This document shows, piece by piece, positions 1 to 13,199 of a stretch of 64,000 nt of DNA. Made by a program: the position numbers and the translations under genes. A model generated the notes under the pieces. The model was not told the origin of the DNA. It worked only from the letters and a program-made list of their open reading frames with translations, and did not search any database. The stretch is taken from the NCBI GenBank assembly GCA_946965045.2, contig OX337234.1:1798001-1862000 (forward strand), in the 5' to 3' direction. The stretch is from Epithemia pelagica (Eukaryota > Protista > Bacillariophyta). Numbering within the stretch: position 1 is the first letter of the stretch; each line of letters starts with the position of its first letter.

Positions 1-3000
1 TGTTTGTTTCAGCCGCCACCAGCCCAAGCCCCACTCTCAGCAAAAGTGAACGGATCAATCACACCCTTTCGGCTTATGGCAAAATGAAACAACCTGAACA
101 ATGGGGTCACAAATAATGTTCTGTCATGTGTGGTCTGTCGGTCGCTATTTCAATCACACCCTTTTGGCTCATGGCAAAATTAAACAACCGTTGATTCTGG
201 GGAAGAGGAGGTCGTGGAAATAACCGATGAGGACGAGGTGGTCGAGGTCACAACAACACCACTAGTGATCATTTTATCGGATGATGAGGGACGAGACTTG
301 GAGCAGTTTCTTATTGATCATATTACTTATTAGTACTACCAATGCTTCTCACATATGCATCAAAGTTGTCGATCATATCCATAAAATATGTTTGTGTTCC
401 ACTTTGCAATTCTCATCCGATATTTCCCAGATCCTGCTCGCACATAGGACAAGGGAGTGTCCCATCATCTTGGCTTTGCATACGACCCGGTCTGAAGTTA
501 AATTCAGCCGGAAGCCAGTCACCGTGACCAGCATTACCACCACCACCATCACAACCGTCACCACCACATCTGTATATTTGACCGACTCATACCACCGACT
601 TGGTTTGACCGCTGCCAACCCCTGTGGCTGGTACAAGCAATGTCCTCATTCTACAATTAGAACATCGACTGGGCCTCGCTGCGACAGCGTCAATGGAAAC
701 CGGCTACTGTAAACTGGTGGAACACCCATGTGGAACACCCATGTCCTTGGGTAATTCCTGGGACAACGGGTGGTGTTGGCAGAGAGCATCCTGTGATTCC
801 ACTGTCCATTTGCATTTCCATGTTTTCGTGTGTGGTCTTCATGAACAAAAGGTGAATGTTCATTTGTAAGCTTCCGGATAACATGAATCAATGTCCTACA
901 CTATAGTCATAGACTATGCACAAATCTGGACATGTCTCATTTTGGAGGACAGCAGCCTGGGGAGACTTATTAAATAACTCTCCAAAGAGTGATTACATTT
1001 TTGGAGATTCTGATATTATTGTTTAGTAATAGTGACCAAACGTGTTGGATGTACCATATCGGACTCTGTATTGGCCGTTAGTGCGGGGCGATCGAAGCCA
1101 CTGCTATAAGTTGTATTGATGATGTTGGTGAGAACGATATTAGGAGTACATGAACACAAGCACAAAAAATGGACTACCATATAGCTATATAGTGACTTCA
1201 TGATCCTCTAAGGTGTGTTGTAGATCCTCCGATTCGATAGATTACAACAAGGTATTTTTACGTATGCAAGGGCACATTGATGATGTCACGGATAACGGAT
1301 AACAATAGTAGGAGTTAAGAGTACATGAAACACGACCATACCTACTAGGCGACAATAAAAGAGCCAAGCAAAGTTAATAGTATTCCAACATGATGTATCC
1401 GAAAGACCTGCGAAGTTAACAACACAAACTCATCCCCGCACGTAACCTGATATATTCGGCTGAGAAAAAGCCATTCGCTGCAACGTAGCGCACAGTGATG
1501 TGGGAGTAGTTCGTTATTTTAAAGCTAGGTATGCCATTTTGCTCGTAATGACCACCGCTGTTTGTGATACGCCCGTTGCCCTTGTATATAATAAAAGTCT
1601 TGCTTCAGAGAGAAGGAAGAATGACTTTCATGAGAATGACAACTTCGTTACAGCGAGGATAGTGTAGGTTCTTCTGGGCCTTCCAACATGGAATATATTC
1701 TCGTTCTACCAATAATATAAACGTCATTGCTGACGCTGACATTAATGTAAGAAACTGGAAAGCTTTGTATCATCATGGACGGCTACGTCTATATTGGACC
1801 CCGTAAATGCACATGTGTTCTCGAGGCTATTTAGTACCAGTTGCTAGTGCGTCATGAAGAAACTGACTCAACATGCTTCTTCAGATTCGATCACTTCAAT
1901 CAAATTCATATGTATATTCTACCTTGTTCATATTTGTTCCTAGACAACTTTTTCTCGTAGATAGAATATATTCTTGTTCGACCAAATATACAAACATCAT
2001 TGATGAAGCTGACATTCATGTAAGAAACTGGGAAGTTGTTGACATTGGTTTGGAAGGAAGATGTATGTATGCAGAAGTTGTGTTTTATTGCCGAGGACTG
2101 ACCAACGTCAGCGATGAAGGATGAAGATGTTGAGGGCATCAATTGCATGCTGGAGACAATCACTGGAGACTAATGTAAGTGATTGTGATAGATCATTGTC
2201 ACCTCGATCGGTGTCCATCATCGGAAGAACATTCTGCTGACAATGATCAATCGCACCACACGTATTTTTGACTGATGCGGCTCCACAGATCCATCCGCTC
2301 AAGACGTCCTACCTAGTAGCCTAGAAGGTTTTGAAATTTGGACTGAAGGTTTGTTCATACCATTTCCTATACAGGGTGCCACAGTATACTTTGAACTTTG
2401 AGTCACGTAAGAAATCAAAACCTTACCATGATAGAGAGCCTTCTATATGATGAGGATGTGGCTCTTCTCTCCAGTCAACGCTTCTTCAAGATATGTGCTT
2501 CCAGTATCTGCTATCCATACTTCCAGGTTGTTTAGGGAATCAAGAAATTAAGTAATGCACAGATTACAGATGGAAACAACTCCAGAAAACATCATTTCTA
2601 TGGGTTCTTCAATCAAACGTCAATCGGCAACAAGTCGTGCCTTGTGTCCACCATCAAAGACAAGATGTACTTCAATCTTTTGATATCCCTAGGTGCATTT
2701 GATAGTACCTTGCTGTTTATGAAAATAGCCTTCCCATGATCCTTGAATGTCTTGTAGTATTGTATCTGAGATAATTCCAATTCGGTTGCATCTTGCCACC
2801 TAGTAGTACCGTCTTGCTTCTCAAGACAATCTAGAGAGGGATGGGCCACTGAAAGAGATGAGCTCTTATGTTCCAAGATCCATAAGAAGTGAAACAAGTA
2901 CAGCTTCCACTGCTTTGGATGTACCCGGACAATCGTTTGTGTGAGAACACCAGCAAAGGAACCCCTCTTTCCTTTTGATGACACCAAAATCAACGAGAGC

Positions 3001-5064
3001 AATGATGTAAATACATTCATCCCAAACATTCGTTGGTGAGAGAAGATTTAACCTAAAATATGCGTTGCACGTGCACCCATGGGATCGTGGAAGACATACC
3101 AGCTCAAAAGGCTTGTGAAAAAATGTGTCCATGAAAAGAAATCTGTCTGTTTGCTGGCATTCCGCGTAATGCTGGCAAAGCAACTGGCTACACGCCTTGT
3201 CCTGGAATGCTACGCAAACTTGAGAATCAAGACAAAATTGACGATGCTCCAAAAATGTTGGTCGTCTCTGGAAATTTGCTTTGGAAGGTTGGTTACAAAA
3301 TGGCTATGGCATTGTCCTCTTTGACAAAGCTGGATTCACCAGGTATCATTTCTGAACACTTCATTCATCTTGTTGAGGCTGTACCAATTTGTTATGCTAC
3401 AAGAGGGAATCTCTCTGGAAGACATCAAGTTCTACACCGAGGTTTGTAGCCTTTCCCCCACTGACCACCACCATGTGTCTGGCACCTACTTCGTAAAGCT
3501 TGTGCACATACATCCCATAACCTATATGACCAACGTATGGGCTACCGTGCACAATTTAGTCAATCGACGATGAAGGCACCCATGTCCATCCATTCATGAC
3601 TTTTTTGCAACCAGGTCAATTTTTGCAAGTTTGCCTTTCTTTTAAGGTTCGAGGCGGAAAAACTTCAAGGTTTGCCCCCCTCATGGTTGAAGGGGATATG
3701 GGGTGCAATCAAGGAAAACAATGACTTTTGTAAAGAATTTGCGCAACAACAACCCAACAAAGCAGGTTTGCTGGTGGATGTCATTGTATGCACCTCGGTC
3801 GTCAGCGCTGGTTTTTCCATCAACATGTGATTCAACATTTTCCATGCATTCATTTAATATGATCCTTCCCCATGACGAAGAGCAACAATTCATTCGATGA
3901 CTTCGTTTCATCATGGAATCCCTCCCAAGCAACACCAACAGGAATAAGCAGAAAACCAAGGCACTCGTAATGGGTTCTCCATGGTTAAGAAGGTCTTTCA
4001 GTTTGTATGTAAAATTCTAAGCAACTACGAACAATTTAGACGCTGGAAAACACTCAAGTCTGTGTCCAAACAGAAAGGCCAGAGTTCTTTATGTGACATT
4101 TGGATCTATGGAAGAACTGCGGCAACACGACATTATAGACATCTAAGGGGTTAAAAAATACATCCCAAATGCGCCCCAAATGCACCCCTTATTTCTGCAT
4201 AAAATGTACCCCTTATTTGTGCATAAAATGCACCCCCTTTCATACATATAATTTGCCCTAATGGGCCCATTAATTATTGGAAAGTTGGCACATTTTCATT
4301 TCATAATAGGGGTGCGTTGCTGTCCATTTTATACCACCACCCATATGTACGTTTTCCATGAATGTAACCAGAACACTAATGGACATGAACAGTCAAAACT
4401 GATCATGCCCAAGCACATCATCTTGCACATTATACAAACAACAACATGGACATTCCACTGACATTATAGCAACCACACATCTGCAAAATTGCCATGAAAG
4501 AAATTACTGCAGTTCGCAAATGGTTCAACGTTGGAGTTAATTTTTTAAGATTATGACTGAAGAAAATGAAGAGCATGTTGAGGTTATTTATCAAGGAGCA
4601 AAATATCAATCTGATATTTGTTGGAAGGGACAATTGTTTGGTCAGATTGTTCATATTGTTCATATTCAAGAATTTTGCACTTGCATATGTGTCTTTCCTT
4701 CAACTTCAACCAAATAGTTTTAGTTTTGTAAAGCAAATATCAGGAATGAGGGGAAATACCACCATGGTTTATCAATCTTCATTAACTTTTCACAAAATGC
4801 ACATTGAATCATCTGGAAAATGTCCAACCAGGTCATCTGCAACCCTCCGACTAGGTGTCCACTTCTTGATGGTTTGTCCCCTTCCCGTCATTCCGTCTGT
4901 CCTCCCATCCTCCACTTGTCCTTTTTTTCCACTTCCTTGTATTTTTTCAGATCAAATGATCTTCAACCCGAGCCAGCCGTCCCATTCGTGCCTGTCCATC
5001 TTTTTGATCCAACTGTCGTTTCTGACCACTGGAAAAAGTTACCTTTCCCAAGAACAGTAACACC

Positions 5065-8000
5065 ATGGACCAACAACTTGCCCAAACAACGATCGACGAT
5101 GCTATCAGTTGCCAGTTTAATTGGACGGCAGAACTATATTTTAGTGACATCGAAAACTCCAATGGAGATCCCATCGACTTGTTCCATTACACCAACAAAG
5201 AAATCTATAAACAACAGCGGTCCTCTCATCACCTCGTGTCATCTTTGACAGAAACAAATACCCACCGAACAAGGATGGTTTAAGAAAGCTCTGTATAGCT
5301 ATAAAGACTGAAGGGATCAAGTATGGCACAAATTTGATTTCCCGAAACAACCCCCTTGTCCTTTCATGCTACCGATGCAAAAAGCATTCTTCCAAGGTTA
5401 AGGAATTGCGTCGTACAAGTGGGGATTGTGATGGAGAAAACAAAGAGAATGCTCATGATGTAGACACCGATATCCTGGTGGAGCATGGAGTTTGTCTAAA
5501 TGGTGTTCACTCCCATCAATATGACCAAGATGGGATCTTGCTCGGAATTTGATCTTACCAGTTGCACCGCGATCGGCATAATGTGAGAGCTGATGGGAAA
5601 TACGCAATACAGGGTACCTGCACAATGCGCCCAACAAATTCAACGGATACTTGCCAAGTGTCACTACGACTTGGCATTCAAGAGAGAGAGATATTTATCT
5701 CAAACAGGGATGTGGGAAAGCAACGCATACCTTTCATCCAAAACCACGTCAAGGCGACCTTCGATTTCAAACACGCCATTTGAACAAAAACACCAAACAG
5801 CTTGTTGTGTCTGGAGGAAATGCTTCAACTGGAAACACGGCCCTTCGTTATCTTGTTCTGGAGAACCAGCATGAATTGGTCTCAAGGAGTACAATTCAAC
5901 ACATTCAAATGCTATCTGACTTTCTGCATCAAAATCAAACAGAACGTTCTGCTTCCCTTATGGTAAATTGGATGCGTACAAATGCAAATGATCAAAACGT
6001 AAATCTCCAATACTGCTTTTTGTCAAGCCATTCTGTTTGAAACCCAAACTTCCATTGCCATCCTAAGGGAAGACCCTCCCAGCAAGGTCGTCCCCCTCTC
6101 AGTCAAGTGGAGCAACAAATGGAATATAACGATCAACTAGTCAACACCTTTCGGGGAAATGACAGAGACACTGAGGAATCCCAAGAACTGCTACTGGGAC
6201 AAGCTGTCACAATGGCAAGGTCAATCCAGGAGGATTGTCATATTGATACAGTTTCCAACCGGATTCTTCTAGGAGCTGGTTGGGTAGACAAAGAAGCACA
6301 CTCTCAATTCCTGCGGTTCCCAGAAGTTCTATTCATTGACTCCACCCATAAAACCAACAATGAAGCAAGACCATTGTTGATGATATGTGGTCGTGATCAA
6401 TGTGGGAAAGTATTCGTGGTAGCCCGAGTATTCATGCCTAACGAAACAGTGCATTCTATCGATGGGTTTTCTTGAAGTGCTTGCCTTGTATTCTGGGTAG
6501 TGACAACTTGAAACGTGTTCGGCTAGCGATAACTGACGGAGATGCTCAGGAATTTGAAGCAGTGGAAGAATCTTGTCTTCAATACTTGACAAATGCCGTC
6601 AGAGGAAGATGTATGTACCACATTGTTCAGAAGACTTTTGAACAAGCCATTTCCAACCATGTATGCCGGAATGGAACTGGTAACATGGTACTTAAACAGA
6701 TCAAGTCATGGATCTATACATGGGGTGACGGGTCATCGTGTGTCTCAGATGAACAGTTCCAATTATCAAAATCTCTTTTTCTCCAACACCTTCACTCAGG
6801 TTCACTGAATTCATCCATCACAGATTCTGGACTGGCTTCCATTGAACAGTGGTTACAAGAAACAATTCTTCCGCATGAAAAACATTTTGTTTTCTGGAAG
6901 AAACAATTTCTTCGATGTTTTGATGAGTATGTTAACAATTCCGGTGAAGCAATGAACCGGTCCTGCAAACGGTCAGACCTTTCCACAAAACCTTCTACTA
7001 TGTCAATGCATGTTTCAGCAAAAACCATGTTGAATCAGTCTAGAATGTCTTCAAGAGATCGACAGAGTAATCAAATACGACAGCTTGTTGAGGTACCACT
7101 TTTTATCAAGGAAGATTCAACTCATGATTTGGACACCATGAAAAAGCTAACAAACATGGCGCGACACATGTTAATCCGTCAATACTCGGAACGCTCCCAC
7201 TATACTGTTCTGCGTCATAATGAAACAACATGGTATGTTTTGCGAAACTCTGTTGTTCCAAGTTCTGAATTTCGTGGTAATGACAGTATCTGTCCGCTCG
7301 TTCCACCACACTTCAAGACAGCGTGGTGTATATCATTAGACCACCGTGGAGTCCTTTCATGCAATTGCGGCTATAAACATCGGAATGGCATCCCTTGTCG
7401 ACATCTTTTTGCCATCGAAGAAGAGTACAATCTATCGGATGTTGCTGTGAGATGGCAAACGGCATATGCATACTACGCGTTCCACCCGAATTGTCAAGAT
7501 GTAACTGATTCATTCTGCACTGCAGCCAAGGTTGAGCACAATGGAATTTATCTGAAAACAGATATTTTGACTGCAGATTTGACATACCCGTACATTTGGT
7601 CTGGTTCCCAATATAGCATCCAAGACATATACGTTGTGATAAACAGTCCAGTCCCGTTGTGTTGGAACTACAGTCCTGATGAATATCCTGAACCATTTAG
7701 ACGTATGGCAAAACACTCAACTTCAAGTCAAACTTCTACGGAAATTGATTTAGATGACGGAAACCACGAGGAATGCCATGAAATTGGCCACCAGAATGAG
7801 GATGGAGTAGCCATGTATACACAAGAATCCGTAAGAGAGGCTTCGGAAAACGAAACAAACGGACACTTGACCAACAATGAGTCGCACAAATTCGCCGTCC
7901 CTTTGAACCAAGAAATCACCCATTCACAAATCATCACAGCATTGAAGGATATGCTCCCACTTTTCAACACGGCCAACTCACGGAATGAACTTTTCTCTGT

Positions 8001-8223
8001 TTTAATGGAAGCTCGACAGTCACGTTGTCAAAGATTACTTGACAAAAGCCCAAATCAGTCAACAGCAAGTGGGCGTCTATCAACATGGATCGGCAGTAAT
8101 GAATCATCAAATGATTCTGATCAATCTGATCGGTTTGTTTCTTCCAACATTCCATTCGACAAATCTCGTCAGAGTCATCAGCACACGTATAAAAGAAATC
8201 GTCACCATCCCAATCAGATATAA
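5065..8223 (+). pseudogene. MULE (Mutator-like) DDE transposase with SWIM zinc finger, disrupted
   Basis: Motifs: FPEVLFIDSTHKTN (D1), LAITDGD (D2), RCMYH, NNSGEAMN (E), and SWIM CNCGYKHRNGIPCRH. A 1-nt frameshift at about 6449 joins ORFs 6107-6475 and 6472-8223 (NET-AFYRWVFLKCL). Upstream fragments 5065-6040 have stops and frameshifts and include a GCGKATHTFHP segment resembling a MULE DNA-binding domain. Confidence 0.88.
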
Positions 8224-8243
8224 AATATTTCATACTAACTTAT

Positions 8244-10430
8244 TCATTTCTGACACACACCCAACTTGGGATCTGGCCCCTTCGACAACATAGTTTTTTG
8301 TTTTTCATAGATACAATCTCCGGATACATAGTCTCCATCATATGGCCAGAGCTTAATCATTGAGCCATTGATGGTTGTCTTCTTGCCGTCTCTTCCCCAC
8401 GTTTTGATTCCATTCTTTGTAACTTCATACAGTGCTTGTGACTCCCATATCAAATCATGGAATCGATTATGCGACTGCTCCTCTGTTCAACCACTTCTGT
8501 AAGCTTTGCATACGATGTTTTCAGCGTGCCGTCTTGTGCATAGACGACCTGATTTTTCTTCAACAAATTTTGATATAGAATCAAATAGTTGATTTGTACT
8601 TGCCTCTCCTTTACTCAATCCATGTTCCCGAATGAGAAATGCCACTCCACGGGACTCCTTTCCTCCCTCGAATTCATGGGCATACCAGAATGGGAGAATA
8701 CCAATCAAAGCCATTGCATTCATCACATGGTTTGTGCCAAGAACACCACAGTTGGGGAGACATGCTTTCAAGCCGTTCATTGTTCCCTTGTTAAGGGACG
8801 ATCGTTGCTTTTTTATGAAGGAGGGTCCACATGTGAAAATGATTTGATACAGAAATAGACCAGACGTGTTGCTTCCACCTTGTATGTAGTGAATGATGGG
8901 AGTAAGGGTTCCTTGTATTTTGGGAAACGTAGTCCTGGAATTTTTTCATCCGACTCTTTTATTTTTCTCGATATGTCAAACACTCTCTCAAGAAGGTTGT
9001 ATCCAAAGAGCACTCGTCGATAAGGGAGATGTTCCATCTTCAATCGTTCAATCAATGCTGCAACAACAAAAAATGTTGTATAAGGACACATAGCAAAGGC
9101 TTTCATGATACCCACAGCTTCGACAATGTCGAGATCAAATTTTCGAATCATGCAATTTGAAAAGTACACAACGGAGGAAATGTAGATCGATGGATGTAGG
9201 TGGCATTTTGTTTCGATGTACTGCTCTCCACCCCATTTGCCATTGTACTTAACTCCCTGCAGATACCTGATCAAAGAATCAATGAACCGTTGCTCCGGTT
9301 GAGTGTCTGTGTATTGGTTGTAGACAAATTTCACGGCGGGACCAATTCCACATGTCTCTCTCTTCTCTGAATCTCCAATGGCTTTTCGGGTAGCACCAAT
9401 GATAGATATGCGGAACTGGTTACCATCGGTGTCGTGGACAAGCTTCGACAGAATTGCAACTCGACATAGCTGTGTGTCGTTGAGATCGTCATCATGAAAG
9501 TGGCAGTGTCCCAAATTATCTTCACCAACACCATCACAACCACCAATAGCAGAATGCTGTGTCAGTGCTACCCGGCAATACTCAATAATATTTTCCTCAT
9601 GAATCTTCTTGGAATATTCTTCAAGACGATGATCTGATCTCTCTATCCAAATATCAGGACAGCATTCCAACAAGAGTCTTGAGAAAAGAATCATAATATA
9701 TTATTCATCAATGGGTCCGCTGTGCCATCAAGTAAATTTGGACGGCTGAGGCAGTAATTGCTTGGATCCCTGGTGTAAGACCTTCCCCCACAATAACCAG
9801 CATCTTTCCAAACTCGTTGTCGCCGACTGGTACTCACACTCATGGTTTGTTTTGCCTTGTCCGACGCACAAAGCAACATATTCTTGATCTCATCCTAGGG
9901 AAACTCTGTACTTGTCACACTTCTTGATTCGACAAACTTGACCGTTTCAATGGTCTTAGGAAACGGACTGTTGGATGGGACCACTGTCGTGACGGGAAGT
10001 CCAACGTCTGGCATTCGACAACCTTGTGCAGAGGTCACATATTGACCATGGGGCACAGCAAGTGTCTGTATTACGGATAACATTGATCGATGTGTTGACT
10101 GATAGACTGCAAAGAGTCCAGACATGTGAATGAGCCGTGGCTTGTGAAAGGGGCCATGGCTCATCAACTCTTTTTGCACTGTCCGTCCTATCCCCTTCCA
10201 TGACTCTTTAGGGACCTCGATCAGGAATGGATTATGCATATCAATAGTTGTGTTCAATCCGGCACAGTCGTGTCCAGTCTTAATCTTTTTGGGCAGTGGT
10301 TGAGAGGAAGGGAGCACAGCTTGATATTGATTGGTCGATGATGGCAATGATGATGGCAATGCATTATCACTGTCCAGCATATCAGCAATGTATCGAAGCA
10401 ATCCTGACACCTGACTTGAGCGCAACATAT
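8244..10430 (-). pseudogene. Large disrupted gene convergent with the MULE transposase (possible passenger; function unknown)
   Basis: Collinear minus-strand ORF pieces 9895-10512, 9691-9879, 8813-9694, 8487-8780 and 8244-8453. They are joined by in-frame stops at 9895 and 8487 and frameshifts near 9700 and 8800. The last piece ends 20 bp from the transposase stop. Confidence 0.6.
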
Positions 10431-10461
10431 TAGTACCATCTCTGGTTGCCATTGTGACAAC

Positions 10462-11330
10462 AACCAGCAGAATGAACGGCCCAAAACCACCAAAGAGGGA
10501 GACACCAATCAACCTCTCTCTTCAGGGAACCCTCCTGTGGATTCAAAATACCCAACAAGCAGTCTCCTTTGGACTGCTCCAAGGGGGAATGGGGAAACAC
10601 CACCAGCAGAATGGACAGCCCAAAACCACAAAAAAGCGAGACACCAATCAACCTCTGCCTTCAGGATGCCTTCCAATGGATGCCACAGAGATAATGGACT
10701 TGATAAAAGAGAAGCAAAACACCCAAAAAGCGAGACTCTCCTCCTTTGGACTGCTCCAAGGGGGAATGGGGAAACACCACCAGCAGAATGGACAGCCCAA
10801 AACCACAAAAAAGCCAGACACCAATCAACCTCTGCCTTCAGGATGCCTTCCAATGGATGCCACAGAGATAATGGACTTGATAAAAGAGAAGCAAAACACC
10901 CAAAAAGCGTGACTTCCCTCCTTTGGACTGCTCCAAGGGGAAAGGGGAAACACCACCAGCAGAATGGACAGCCCAAAACCACAAAAAAGCGAGACACCAA
11001 TCAACCTCTGCCTTCAGGATGCCTTCCAATGGATGCCACAGAGATAATGGACTTGATAAAAGAGAAGCAAAACACCCAAAAAGCGAGACTCTCCTCCTTT
11101 GGACTGCTCCAAGGGGGAATGGGGAAACACCACCAGCAGAATGGACAGCCCAAAACCACAAAAAAGCCAGACACCAATCAACCTCTGCCTTCAGGATGCC
11201 TTTCAATGGATTCAAACCACCAAAAAAGCAATACAAAGAAAGACTTTTCCACCTTTGGTCTGCTCCAAGGGTAAATGAGGCAACACCACCAGCAGAATGG
11301 GCAGCTGACAACCACAAAAAAGCAAGACAG
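10462..11330. repeat. 177-bp tandem array (about 4.3 full units plus diverged terminal units)
   Basis: CTCCTTTGGACTGCTCCAAGGGG recurs at 10564, 10741, 10918 and 11094 (spacing 177, 177, 176). Diverged units lie at about 10462-10563 and 11250-11330. Confidence 0.95.
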
Positions 11331-11804
11331 CGACCAATTCACCTCTTCTTATCCAAGGGAATTCAGCAGTGTGTGACTCTTGTGCTGTTGCAAGCCACAA
11401 AAATTGGTTCTTGTCCAGCAAAAATTTGGGCCAGTAGGCTGCCCTAAATGATGAAGTGCCATGGTGTCTGTTGCAATGTGTGGCAATACGAATGGGAGTG
11501 GCTGAGAAACAATTTTTGGCAGTTGGTGAACGCATGGCCGTCTGGGGTTATCAAAATTTCACTCTGTTTTTTTTTTCGGGAGTGAGGAGATATGGTGTGG
11601 GATGGACAGACCCTATTGCTGATGACAGGCAGACCATCAAAAAGCGGACATCTAGTCGGTGCCTACCAAAAAGAAAGGCAAGGAAAGATACCAAAAGGCT
11701 TTTTTGCTGCTTATGCAAGTCACATATTGCACCCAACTATAATAAATATTGCCTTTCTCATTCAATTATTCATGACCCTGAGCCAGAACAGGATGTATAT
11801 GGCT

Positions 11805-12056
11805 GTGTGGCAAATTATGTGGTATATGCATGATCTATCTTTCCACCTTTTCCTGAAACTAATAACAAGGAAACAAGAATTGTGACAATTATCCAACCCA
11901 ATAAAATAACAGCCCAGATATTGGCAATCACCCCAACTTGCCCAACAATGTATATGATGTATACAACCACTTGACAAATTATGTTCATGATCTATCTTTC
12001 CCACACTTTTCTGAAACTAGTACAATAGCCAGGAATTGTGACAGTATCCAACCAGG
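11805..12056. repeat. Imperfect tandem duplication, related in inverted orientation to 19320-19552
   Basis: CAAATTATG..CATGATCTATCTTTCC..CTGAAACTA..GAATTGTGACA..TATCCAACC occurs twice; the reverse complement matches 19320-19450. Confidence 0.75.
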
Positions 12057-12374
12057 TGAGACTGTTTGCATACTCTAGAAAAATGTTCCGTGTGTCATCA
12101 TAGTGTTGTCTCGAGAATTGTTCAAACCGATTGTTGTGTGCTGTCTAAGTTGGTTTCGTTAAGCCCCCAAGTATGTACCTACAAATTGGTCATTTCAAGA
12201 CACTTCTCTGCGAATTCTCCACTGTCGTGTCCGAGTTTAAGTCCATTTGGGTTGCATCCAAACAGCCCAAAGATGCCCTCATCTTTTCTTGGATTTCTTA
12301 TTGATCAAGGAGCAAAATATCAATCTGATGTTTGTAGGAAGGGACAATTATTATCCGGTAGAAGTTGAATTTGG

Positions 12375-12794
12375 TCAGATTGCATTGGTAGAGTTTCCTT
12401 GATCCATGCTCACATTGAGGGATGTGGCCTGCTGCTTGGAGTCATTCTCGGAGGTTACATTGCCATGGTGACTCATTTCGTTGGGTTTCCTTTTGTTCTG
12501 TTGATTGCTTGCTTGTACGATTTGACTTGTGCTTGGATCTTGCTGAGACTGAGGTTGCGGGGTGTTTCCTGGACTATTGTGATATTGTCCTTGGCTTGGA
12601 AGAATGAAACCGTGCGGTGGAGGTGGTATCCCGTGCATTGGTGGTGGTGGAGGTGGGTACATTGCCCGATTTGGACCTGGGAACGGTTGTTGCCTTGGTG
12701 GGAACTGTTGTTGGCCTGCATCGGGGGCCATCTGAAGTTGTTGAAAGGACTGTAATATTTGCTGCTGCATTGCTGCCATTAGCATTCGGATCAT
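12375..12794 (-). other. Q/P-rich low-complexity ORF, possibly a gene fragment
   Basis: 139-aa ORF (QQQFPPRQQPFPGPNRAMYPPPPPPMHG); no recognisable domain. Confidence 0.25.
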
Positions 12795-13199
12795 TTCATT
12801 CTTGTCACGCTCATGTTGTTCTTTTTGATCCTTGATATATATATATGAAATCGAAGATCTAGTTTGTCAAACCATGTTTTTCTGCTCTTTCATCCAGTCG
12901 TACTCTTCCTGACTGATTTGACTTGGTTCCATATCTGATGACTTCCCTTTCATAATTACCATTTGTATGGGAACAGCGCTTGCCCATGCTTGAGTGGTTC
13001 ACCCAGTTGCAATTGGGGGGGGGGTGGGGGTGGGTTAGGATGAGTTGTCTTGTTTTCTGTCCCCTTCACATTTACTTTCCCATATGCTTTATTCAATGTC
13101 ATCATAAACGTTGCGTATGACCCACCATGTGAGCTAGCAGCAGATGAGTCTTCATCTTCATCGTCATTGGAATAGAGATTGCGTTTTATAGCAACTCTT

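Noticed and set aside
281-4100. Short ORFs, including a twice-occurring N(V/I)I..ADI.VRNW peptide at about 1715 and 1990
   Set aside because: Stop-riddled with no recognisable family; probably decayed coding DNA, but no call can be supported.
10462-11330. Tandem array as a CRISPR array
   Set aside because: Units are near-identical along their whole length with no unique spacers, there are no cas genes, and the context is eukaryotic.
11600-11833. Cys/His-rich tail as a piggyBac CRD
   Set aside because: The Cys spacing is incomplete and no transposase core lies upstream.
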